Shown here in pieces: positions 38,801 through 46,191 of a stretch of 59,090 bases of DNA. Source of the stretch: Girardia tigrina (taxonomy: Eukaryota). The position numbers and the translations under genes are program-made. Each line of letters begins with the position of its first letter. Within the stretch, counting starts at the first letter, position 1. Below the pieces are notes generated by a model, which ran no database searches, was not told the DNA's origin, and saw nothing but the letters and a program-made list of their open reading frames with translations. The DNA lies in NCBI GenBank assembly GCA_001938485.1, contig MQRK01187214.1, positions 10,324 through 69,413 of the forward strand. Reading direction: 5' to 3'.

Positions 38801-41250
38801 ACAGACGCAGATTATGTTAGAAACTGCCAAAGCCTATCCCTATGAAGACCCCCAAACAGTGAGGTACAATTTTCTTTAGCGCGAACCAGAGGATTCCCAT
38901 TCATTCTGGATCACTGCAGCCACGCATCGTACATACCTTATTTCACCATAGATTTTCCTCATTTTTTTCATTTTTGTTGAAACATTCTGTCACTGAGTTG
39001 GCTCCTTTCATATGCGTCATCAACTCTGGGAGATCCTGAATTAGGAACGATGGTCGTTTAAAAGCACTTCTCAATTGATCCTTGAAATCCGTGATTTTTA
39101 TATCCAACGTATCTTAGGTGGCTAACATATCTCGGTCCACGAATGTTTTTTATTAATGTCGCTTAAATCACCTTGTTGATCTCTACAACTTCAAAGAATC
39201 TTTGACATTCGTCTATGAAATCTTCGATATCATGTGATCTATCATAGGCTTTTGGAGTCAGGTTTCCGATGAACCTGGAAGTAGTCGTCATGTAAGATGA
39301 TTCCATAAATTAAAAACGATATATTCCACACACAATTTATTCTAAAATTTAATTTTTATTTATTATTAAAACAACATCAAAAGGTTTTCTTTGAAGATTT
39401 TTGGGTCCATTATTGTAATATTATTGTAATATATTTAGTGTAATTAAGATATTATAAATATGATTTAATTAATTATCATTAATATGGTTTGCTTTTTTAT
39501 CTGTAAAAAATAAAACTAACTGTAGAAATTTGTTCCGAAGTTCTCTGTTTTGGATGAAGACTTAGAATCTTTTTCATTTCCGAGGTAAGTTCAATCTAAA
39601 TTTAAATTTCTAAATATCAATATTTTTTGGAATACGATTAAAAACCAATTATCAAAAAACAAAACAAACAATCACGAAAATCATAACAAGAGATATACGT
39701 GGTGCGCTCAATAAGTAGTAAGCCTAGCATAGAAATAATATTCTGATTCCAATGAATTTTTTTTAACAGCAGACATGAAGGATCAGCGATTGATGTGCTA
39801 CCAGGAAAACTTAAACATCTATGAACGTATTGAAGACCGCTTCTTACAGAATATTATGACAATGGATGAAACACCACTTACCCCTTACGTTCCAGAATCA
39901 AGACGTGAGTCTCAAGAGTGGAAGCTGCCAGGAAAGGGTGTTCTAAACAAGGAAAGAAACTTCCTTTTTCTGTATATTCTTGTCACTAGGATGAATGGAA
40001 GCTATAAAACTGAATTATTCAAAAAGGCAAGATATACATGTCTTTACACAACACCACAGAGTTTTTGTGAGGAAAAATATAGAGAGGGAATGATAAAAGG
40101 CCTTGTCCACAGAGTTTGGAATTTTTCGTCCAATTTTGAAATTGCAAATCGGGGTTTAAATATTCTTAGAGGGAGCTTCAGTGACAATATGTATATAAAC
40201 AAGCAAAAATAATGTAACATTAGGGTAACATCAAACAATTATATACAGATACACGAGTTAAGAAACAATTAAAAGAAGAAAAGTACTGAGGAATACAAAC
40301 AAATCATAAAAATTCCATATTCTGAAGGCTTTAGAGCTTTTAAGAAGAGTATTTGTGGAACAATAAATAGTGCCAATGTAGTCTCTGTCACATCCAAAGT
40401 TCAAAGTTTCCTCTCAAATAAATCGAAAACAGTTTGCGATTTTCAATCTAATCTGGTATATAAATTTAATTGTCACGGGTGACAAAACTTGTACATCGTA
40501 CAACCCATTTCGCGGTTGTTACGCGTCCACCGTAACAGCCAACGGCATGTACGGCCATGGTATCAAGTTCCATGGTTGGTCGTTCGTTACTGGCAAGCTG
40601 ACTGCTCAGAGGTGGAAGGTAACTGACCCCGTAGGAGGCCTATCGGGGGGCCCTTAAGGACTTTAGTTTGGGTGGACCCTCTAAAGAGCCTTAGGCTGAA
40701 TACCATTACAGAGATGGGAGGCCCACATCGGAGAGAAAAATCGTCATCTCAAAACCCGGATTATTGAGCACTCGCAGATGAGTCGATCGAGTAAGGTTCT
40801 TGAACATTGTTTATGTTGTAAGAATAGAACCTCATCCATTTCAAAAAATGAGTTTTCTGTTCTACAAAAGGGATTTGATTCCCATTATGAACGACAGTTT
40901 TTTGAATCTCTACTACTAAGACACTACAACCCATCAATTAACATTCAGAATGGGCAAAGTAAGGTTATTTCTATACCTAAAATATTTAATTAAAATATTT
41001 TTGCCATTATTATCCAATAATACATTAAATTATACTATATTTTTTAAATTATTCTATTTAAACCATATATACATTTTCAAATCATATTATTAAGAACAAT
41101 TAAAATATTGAACTATTTGAATATTAAAATACTAAATTTCCTAAAATTGCTGATGATGATGTATGTAAACATCGAAATATGTCCAATAATTATAAAAAAA
41201 ACCTTTATTCAAATTATATTTTCAAAATATTAAACTTGCGTTAATAAGAC

Positions 41251-41286
<36 letters not shown>

Positions 41287-41574
41287 TATATAATTCTTCT
41301 TACCCTAACAATTATTATTAGTAATATACCTCTTTAGACGCCTTGAAATTGCTTTTATTGAAATTTAAATCATCAGTTTCGGATTTTACTAAATTACTTT
41401 CATTGTTGAACGATTCCGCAACGTAAAGATATTTCTGTTGTTGACGTTGCGTACTAAAATATAAATTCATGTAATGTAATTGTTACGAATTTTATTTTAC
41501 TTTTGAATCACTTGATTAAGATACCTCAACCATGCGCGAATCATTTTAATAGCCCATTGAAATAGTTTAATTGC
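5964..41574 (-). CDS. CNBD2: Multi-exon host gene: cyclic nucleotide-binding domain-containing protein 2-like (two cNMP-binding domains); 13 exons recovered, 5' end unresolved
   Basis: Exons 41574-41501, 41453-41330, 39595-39521, 19568-19480, 19438-19365, 19321-19242, 16158-16004, 15959-15882, 13515-13455, 11012-10740, 10693-10598, 7669-7601 and 6164-5964 are all GT-AG bounded, phase-compatible and stop-free (1449 nt, 482 aa plus stop). The product contains the cNMP-binding signature VIIRQGHVAEYFYFIISG...LTKGCSFGELALLHHSRRTASI and a second domain EWVYVVKSGSCRLIK...DIYGL...AEMVLISKKF. Orthology to CNBD2 is from recalled similarity only. Confidence 0.85.
6374..6601 (+). other. GC-rich island with predicted multibranch RNA structure, family unknown
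   Basis: Nested complementary segments: 6374-82/6593-601, 6410-21/6506-17, 6426-31/6439-44, 6450-60/6464-75 and 6483-87/6495-99. Confidence 0.45.
7601..7669 (-). CDS. CNBD2-like exon (GLSSVIFSSEDQIRTENMASVTL)
   Basis: tttttag| and |gttatt, 69 nt, phase 0. Confidence 0.8.
8800..9253 (-). mobile_element. Internally deleted pogo/Tigger remnant
   Basis: TA|CAGTGGAACC terminus at 9253; DDE_1-like peptide NKDWINRSLWYEWLTKFDQQM.RKI. Confidence 0.75.
9760..10250 (+). mobile_element. mariner (DD34D-type) transposase remnant
   Basis: LLHDN and HPPYSPDLIPTDY motifs, with frameshifts. Confidence 0.8.
10598..10693 (-). CDS. CNBD2-like exon (LHDESQ...FIKVTDLVPKDIY)
   Basis: 46-nt upstream intron, 96 nt, |gtaata donor. 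Confidence 0.85.
10740..11012 (-). CDS. CNBD2-like exon (GSCRLIKELK...DYFYLKNE)
   Basis: 273-nt open frame containing most of ORF 10701..10946; AG/GT flanks. Confidence 0.85.
11604..11644 (-). ncRNA. Minimal type I hammerhead ribozyme (Penelope pLTR, inverted)
   Basis: Minus strand reads TGAT-CTGACGA-T-GACGG-ttaaa-CCATC-GAAA-TATATT-ATCA. Stem I is TGAT/ATCA, stem III is palindromic ATATAT, and stem II has one mismatch. It lies just upstream of a PLE endonuclease fragment. Confidence 0.65.
11695..11960 (+). mobile_element. Penelope-like element GIY-YIG 3' fragment
   Basis: TYIGQTARHLCKRVQEH...NYWERVSCEALLIRSCDPKINVQ. Confidence 0.85.
12400..12800 (-). mobile_element. Mutator-like transposase C-terminal remnant
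   Basis: VVKPVFSEQASEDFLQRCL...ERFNKVVWNFLPSNTFLG resembles the C-terminus of metazoan Mutator-like transposases. Confidence 0.55.
13455..13515 (-). CDS. CNBD2-like exon (NDILISASDIESEWVYVVKS)
   Basis: tttag| and |gttcgt; joins GSCRL to give the second-domain motif WVYVVKSG. Confidence 0.88.
13853..14211. other. Assembly gap
   Basis: Run of N. Confidence 1.
14212..14350 (-). mobile_element. Penelope-like linker fragment
   Basis: IPYSEGFKHLK...KIRDMF is homologous to IPYSEGFRAFKK in the PLE near 40310. Confidence 0.65.
15882..15959 (-). CDS. CNBD2-like exon (DIPIFHHLNFDQLLEQPEACLCHFY)
   Basis: 44-nt upstream intron; phase-compatible on both sides. Confidence 0.88.
16004..16158 (-). CDS. 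CNBD2-like exon (ELALLHHSRRTASIIST...PEHIAFL)
   Basis: ELALL...RTA completes the phosphate-binding cassette; acag| and |gtgaaa. Confidence 0.92.
16860..17390 (-). mobile_element. Penelope-like RT remnant
   Basis: LEVNNKLPFLEILNTRINGVYKIELFRK and RGLNIF parallel the PLE at 39960-40200. Confidence 0.7.
17460..18965 (+). mobile_element. Tc1/IS630-like DNA transposon with TIRs built from tandem repeats
   Basis: TA|CAGTGTTTTTCGATCTA...TAGATCGAAAAACACTG|TA. The TIRs (about 100-120 bp) are made of 21-bp units. The transposase C-terminus LPPYCPFLNPIENCFSKWK is at 18518-18733; the middle is lost in the gap. Confidence 0.92.
17690..18499. other. Assembly gap
   Basis: Run of N. Confidence 1.
19242..19321 (-). 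CDS. CNBD2-like exon (IVTITSNDDSGQERKVNSLTKGCSFG)
   Basis: Ends in the GxxFG of the phosphate-binding cassette; AG/GT flanks. Confidence 0.9.
19365..19438 (-). CDS. CNBD2-like exon (VDARRVIIRQGHVAEYFYFIISGT)
   Basis: Classic cNMP-domain IIxQG...FYxIxSG motif; AG/GT flanks. Confidence 0.92.
19480..19568 (-). CDS. CNBD2-like exon (VMYGLSALSAFNEYPVHLKRKLCTVAHFR)
   Basis: tgtcag| acceptor, |gttcat donor, followed by a 41-nt intron. Confidence 0.85.
20010..20310 (+). mobile_element. Penelope-like RT core fragment
   Basis: DGMAMASPLAP, YTRYVDDIF and ISFLDVLI. Confidence 0.85.
20850..21360 (-). mobile_element. pogo-like transposase remnant
   Basis: VNQELIINWIDHMFP...CKCIIW and LKPSSKELVNL..ESLNELKTETVQNS. 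Confidence 0.6.
21376..23645 (+). mobile_element. 5' half of a Ty3/Gypsy LTR retrotransposon (LTR, gag, protease), degenerate
   Basis: LTR 21376-21729 followed by TGG; gag with CWVCHEEGHVRREC and CSHCQRRGHLQTQC zinc knuckles; slippery GGGAAAC at 22846; protease LLDTEA (mutated DTG); truncated before RT. Confidence 0.9.
24100..25450 (+). mobile_element. RTE-like non-LTR retrotransposon remnant (AP endonuclease plus RT N-half)
   Basis: APE motifs VYSPT, IGGNFN and DNGERL; RT motifs DPNNYRGIFLL, QFGFRP, FIDLEKAFDSVPRE and GVRQG..GPSLFNL; ends before YADD. Confidence 0.9.
25916..25956. repeat. (TA)n microsatellite
   Basis: Direct observation; others at about 6-23, 35789-35823 and 41252-41292. 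Confidence 0.98.
27010..27527 (+). repeat. Solo LTR, TGTGAGGAATA family (TG...TA termini)
   Basis: Perfect TSD TCAAC at 27005-27009 and 27528-27532; ends GGTGTTCTTAATA. Confidence 0.85.
28139..31615 (-). pseudogene. pol: Gypsy pol (RT, RNase H, integrase), disrupted
   Basis: RT with YLDD and RNase H DTDA/TDHKAL in 30084..31415; integrase HHCC in 29513..29866; SDRG...ER core in 28999..29436; GPY in 28139..28441. Several stops and frameshifts plus a 509-bp insertion. Confidence 0.93.
31616..33086 (-). CDS. gag: Intact Gag-protease ORF of the Gypsy element
   Basis: Open frame with CWNCGSSSHILRDC and CKQCNKKGHIDKFC knuckles and the protease motif LLDTGA. The first internal ATG is at 33086, inside the PBS; the track's start at 33115 lies in the LTR. 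Confidence 0.9.
33075..33092 (-). promoter_or_regulatory. Primer-binding site, tRNA-Ser-like
   Basis: TGGCGTCATGAGCAGGAT starts 1 nt after the 5' LTR. Its complement ATCCTGCTCATGACGCCA resembles animal tRNA-Ser 3' ends (from memory). Confidence 0.7.
33520..34030 (+). mobile_element. Penelope-like GIY-YIG 3' fragment with AT-rich repeated tail
   Basis: CNGCNATYIGETSRHLCKRIKEH...WERVTCEALLIRSMDPKI; homologous to the copy at 11695. Confidence 0.88.
34402..34761 (-). repeat. 5'-truncated copy of the 1673-2112 LTR
   Basis: Near-identical reverse complement of about 1755-2112. Confidence 0.9.
34770..35341 (+). mobile_element. Tc1 (DD34E) 3' half
   Basis: GTMDAQKYIDILE...DGARCH-(34)-SPDMNPIE; ends ...GGACTG|TA. 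Confidence 0.88.
36150..36505 (+). mobile_element. MULE transposase fragment
   Basis: VLVMDATFKTSPSDYHQLL...LMINKSASSYRKVF...IITDF. Confidence 0.8.
36600..39420 (-). mobile_element. Highly decayed, internally deleted Gypsy element
   Basis: Gag start MTTTSRFIGNLTPKAYD...IEDFIDECQRFFEV near 39290 is homologous to gag at 46409; RNase H-linker peptide TSAQILCYPDF near 37350. Confidence 0.7.
39521..39595 (-). CDS. CNBD2-like exon (IELTSEMKKILSLHPKQRTSEQIST)
   Basis: 75 nt, phase 0 at both ends, tttag| and |gttagt; the peptide fits the region just before the first cNMP domain. Confidence 0.85.
39698..39935 (+). mobile_element. mariner 5' remnant
   Basis: TA|CGTGGTGCGCTCAATAAG terminus; FLQNIMTMDET..YVPESRRESQEW. 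Confidence 0.75.
40499..40724 (+). mobile_element. 226-bp GC-rich structured insertion (SINE-like or unknown) with 6-bp TSD
   Basis: ACATCG is duplicated at 40493-40498 and 40725-40730. Removing the insert restores TAC ATC GGA GAG (YIGE). Confidence 0.8.
41146..41187 (+). ncRNA. Minimal type I hammerhead ribozyme (Penelope pLTR)
   Basis: ATTG-CTGATGA-T-GATGT-atgtaa-ACATC-GAAA-TAT-GTC^CAAT: intact core, stems I and II, GUC cleavage triplet, about 150 nt after the PLE ORF end. Confidence 0.85.
41330..41453 (-). CDS. CNBD2-like exon (TQRQQQK...DLNFNKSNFKASKE)
   Basis: ttttag| acceptor, |gtatat donor, open frame. Confidence 0.8.
41501..41574 (-). CDS. CNBD2-like exon (AIKLFQWAIKMIRAWLRYLNQVIQ)
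   Basis: AG/GT flanks; a 47-nt intron joins it in phase to the next exon. Confidence 0.7.
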
Positions 41575-42501
41575 CTAAGATTAATTATTAAAAATATAAT
41601 AAATAAATAAAATATAAATATAATAAATAAAATAAATATTTACACTTTCCTCAAATTAACAGAGAATAATATGATTTATTTGAACATCATTTCATTATTA
41701 TGTGAGTGTTAATCTTACTCTTATCTATATGTAGTGTAAATTCTATAATTATTTGATAATATTTAATAGAAAATAAAATAATTGATTTCGTTTAGTTCAT
41801 AAATTATTTATTTCGATTTATAAGAGAAAAATTAATCTACAAATCCGTGAAAGTATCAAATTAGAGCCAGAAAATCCTAACCTACATCTTTAATTTCCTA
41901 TCTAACTACTAAATTTCTAATAATACATCCTTAAAAGTTTCCATCTGTTTCTAATATCGTTTCAGTGAAATCTTTTTTTCTCTCTGGTCTCACAAGCAGA
42001 TATTCGAAACATTAATTTTTAAACATACACTGAATATAGATGAACCCATTAGTGATGGATATACTATATATAGTAGGTGTAGTGTTCACTAAATCGCATC
42101 AGCAGTAGCAACCAATTAAGAGTTTTTTTAAGTGATATGTAATTTAATTTTTTGATTTTTAATTTTGAAAAAATATCTTAATTGGATTTGCGACCCCTGA
42201 AATTTTTAAAACTGAAAAATTCAGATGCGCATTAAAAAATTTTAAAACAATTAAAATTTTTTGAATGATCAAAAAAACATTACCGAGAAACATTGGATTT
42301 TCGTTTCCCAATTATTTCTAATGTATAAAATACAATTAACAATAATTGCAATTTGTGATTTGTTTAAAATAAAGCTTCCAATTACGTAAATATTATGAAA
42401 TTTTAATTTTCAATTCTAATGGGTGAAAATTATTCGACTAATGATAAATCGAACGCGAATATCCGTCAAAAAACGGAAATTCCTTGATCATTTTCTCTTC
42501 A

Positions 42502-42993
42502 GAAAGTTCACAAGTCAATAGCGGCGCATATACGAGTGCTTTTCATCCCTCATCGATCGCCTCTGCCAACAGATCGAATCAAAACGATTTGACCGGCGGT
42601 TTAAATGGCGAATTTGCGCGGGGATTGAATGCGAATCACGGACCATTCGCAATGGCTAAAAATCAGCGACCAAGAGAGAAAGATTTACCGATCTTGAATA
42701 ATGAGGAACTCAGGAATTATCGGTATATGACTGAAGGGAATCCCTTCCAGGCGGCACGGAACATATCTATGTCTCCTGACTCTATTTTGTCGAGTCAGTT
42801 CAAACACCAGAATTACTCACACGGACACGCGGCACATGGATTATTCATGAAGTCGCATCTCCAACAGCAGCAAGCACGACAATCCGGTGCTGTTTTGTCA
42901 CAATTGACCGAACCACGATCTTTCATCGTCTGGATCACGGTGCGTGCGGGTGTGGTGACGACCCTTCGAAAGTACGAACGCCACCAAAATATG
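42502..42993 (+). CDS. Probable host exon of an unknown S/N/Q/H-rich protein, divergent from the CNBD2-like gene
   Basis: GC-elevated open frame within ORF 42484..43032, with a ttttctcttcag acceptor and an atg|gtaaga donor. A 47-nt candidate intron follows (42994-43040). No TE motifs and no recognisable domain. Confidence 0.5.
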
Positions 42994-44101
42994 GTAAGAC
43001 TTATCGATCGGCGAGCGAATCTTCCCGTGTAACATTTTAGTACGCGACCACTCGGTTCGTTCCACAAGATCCACGGAACACATCCCGGGCACGTCAAATA
43101 TAGACAACAACAGTAGGTACATTCGTTTTTGTTATAAACTGAAAATTATCTTTATAATGGTTATTTTCCATTAAGTCATTCATTATTGGATTCTTAACGA
43201 GTTTCAAACACGTTCTATTCAGCAGCTACACTGATCAAGCGCACTATTGCATGTTTGTGTCTAATATTAATGACAAATTATAAGTTTAAGTCTTTTTTGA
43301 AAAAAAAATTTCCGATATAATGGGTTAACAAAGTTAAGAATCGAAATTTTTGATGATAAACCGAATTACATAACTTATAGATTAAGATAGTTTTGAAAAC
43401 ATTATAGAAGTTTGTTATTGTTTAGACAAGTTTCACGTTAAACATTCATGCGCACCATGAAATTTATCCAAAAATTTTATAGTCACATTCATCGTCATTA
43501 TTATGATATGGGTTATTATTATTATCATCCTTATTATCAATAATAAAATTTTTAAAAATTAGTATTTACCTCATTTTACTACAGATTAAAATTTTGCAAC
43601 AGAAACAGTCTGAACTTTTAACTGAAACTCCGAGGGAATGAACGGGTGTAAAGACAGGTACATGTTTTGAGAATACACATAATGCCATGATTACCAAATG
43701 GAAGTATGAAAAAAATTTGTGGGGTCAGAAAATTTTTTAATTATACCACATTATATTTATTTCAAAATATCATTAAAATTGAGTGCCACTATGAAGGGAG
43801 AAACATGTAAATTGTTTCAAACTGCGAGCCTATTATTAAATTTCGTTTTGAAAACGGCAACAACTTAAAAGGGATAACAGGACATAATCTCCCAGGACGA
43901 AAAGTGTTTTAGTATTTACAAGATATTTTTGTACTCCTATAATTAATTATTGAAAATTAATAAAAGAAAATTTATCAAACATTAATTGGAATCAATAATT
44001 GTTTGGTACACTATATACGGAATCCCATGTCTGTAATCCCTAATCCTAATATCATAAAAGCTGCGGGAAATTATGAAAATCCATAAATTTTATTTGTTAT
44101 A

Positions 44102-45396
44102 AGGACTGAGTACGAAAAATATTACTAACTTTAAATCTCTATCACTCCTACATAAATTCACAAATTACTAAAAAACTAATCAAGTAGGCTGTTGTTTGAA
44201 TAAATCAAAATAAAATTCATTTTAGTATTCATTTTTAAATTTCATTTTTCATGAATATCTCGTCAGAAACAGGAAGCCGCTAATTAATTATTCGTTTATT
44301 TCAAGAAAATCCACAATCAAGTCAGAAAACAAGTGCCAGAAAGGCAAACTTTTGTCAGAAAACAGTTTCTAAAGTTATTAAAAACTTCAATGAGAACTTG
44401 AACGTTTTTAAAAAAATTGGTTCGAGAAGAAGAAAGGGCTTTTCGTGTACACAGAATGTGAAGAAAGTAAAGATTCCATTAGAGAGAAATCCTCGTCTAT
44501 CAAATCGAAAACTGGCGGTAAAGACAAATTGTAGCGAGAAAACAGTACGGAAAATTAAACAGTTTGTGGGTTTACAAACGTATAAAGTTCAAACAGCACC
44601 AAGCTGGAACACTAACAAGAACGTAAAGGCGCAGCAGCGAGCCAGAAAGTTGAAATCTGGTTTTCTTGCGAAGAAAAAATGTTGAATTATGGATGATGAG
44701 AGTTATGTGATTTGCGAGTTCTCCCAGCTACCCGGACAAGAATTTTACTCTGCAACTAAGAGAGGAAGAGTTGAAGAAAAATTTAGAGGCAAGAAAAAAT
44801 CCAAGTTTCCCTAAAAATTTCTTGTTTGGCAGGCTATATATGGATGCGAGAAAAGGAGTAAATGCTTTGTTACATCTGGCACAATAAACACAGAAGTCTA
44901 TGTGAAGGAGTGCTGGCAAAACCGTTTATTACCATTCATAAGTCAGTGCCGAGGTCTTACTTTCTTTTTGCCGGATTTGGCATCGTGCCACTATGGTAAG
45001 GCAGCCAAGAAGTGGTACAAGGACAATAACGTCTATTTGGTGTAAATAGAGGCAAACCCACCAAATTATCCGGAGCGTCGTCTATTCGAAAGATATTGGG
45101 CCCTGGTAAAAAGGCAATTAAAGACGACAAACAAGAAGGCACAGACAATTGCATATTTTCGGAACAAAAGGAATAATGCAGCCAAAAACGTGACAGAAAC
45201 TACAATTGCAAGTCTAATGGCAGGCATTCCGAAAAAGCTCGCAGAATTTTTTAAAAAAATAAATAATCTTTATGAGCTTACTAAAATTATTTTAAATTAA
45301 ATAAATTTTTCAATACAATCGGTATTTTTTCTATTAAAAATACTGTTTTGAAGATAGAGGATTTTAAAGTTAGTAATACTTTTCGCACTCAGTCCT
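44102..45396 (+). mobile_element. Full-length ITm DD37E (ITmD37E/TRT-like) transposon, degenerate ORF
   Basis: TA-flanked TIRs AGGACTGAGT(A/G)CGAAAA; MDDESY...PDLASCHY-(37 aa counted)-FERYWA; stops and frameshifts. Confidence 0.92.
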
Positions 45397-46191
45397 TATC
45401 TCTTTCTCTAAGTTTGCAAGGGATGTCTCGTCAATATGAGTGTGTAAAATGTTTTATAATTCTTAATCCCTTTAGAGAAACTGTATATATTTTCTAATTG
45501 TTGAATGGCAACTGTCAAGATGGGATTAAAAACTTCTGTGTAATATTTCTACTTAATGATTTGATTTTTGGAACTGATCTTCAAAATTTAACACCATAAT
45601 TTTTAAAATTTATTTATAATCATTAACGTGACATGAGAAGATATTTAAAATACATTTGAAGTAAAATATATATTAAAATGGTGCTGATTGGAGTCCATTA
45701 ATTAGTAGTAATATAAAATTGAACTATTTTTTATAAATAATATTTTTTTGGTTTACCCAATCGACACGAGCTCGAGAGTCAGTTGAGATGAGTTAGAACA
45801 GCAACAAAAATAATTAAAATTAAACACACAAAATACATTTGTTAAAACCAGAAAAAATTGTATAATTTTATATTAAATAATTGTCGAATAAAATATCATT
45901 TTTACAAATGGTTTTCAATTCTCTATTAAACATAAATAAATGATTGTCTGTGACGATAAATAGTTCTTGTGAGTGATCAATAAAATGAACTTAAATGTTC
46001 GCAGCAGTAAGTGACAGAACAGACTTGGTGGCCACCATTTAATATATAGATTCGAATCCAACTCCCCACCCCCAATGGTAAGTCAACTCATTTCCCATTT
46101 GTCAATGGAATTTATTTTCAATTGACTTATGGAACAAGGACGATAATGAAAGAGTCTTCCACTCATACTTGGTACCCAGTTAAGATTTTTT

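Larger units (their letters stand above)
39940..41200 (+). mobile_element. Penelope-like element 3' part (RT thumb, GIY-YIG, pLTR with hammerhead)
   Basis: YKTELFKK, IKGLVHRVWNFSS, IPYSEGF, LVYKFNC..LYIGE..RHLKTRIIEH and FESLLLRHYNPSINIQ. Confidence 0.9.

Noticed and set aside
41640-42012. Candidate first exon(s) of the CNBD2-like gene
   Set aside because: The ATG frame near 42012 hits TGA after 16 codons, and no unambiguous start exon could be fixed.
46025-46070. B-box-like ATTCGAATCC suggesting a tRNA
   Set aside because: No cloverleaf or acceptor stem can be formed; at most a SINE relic.
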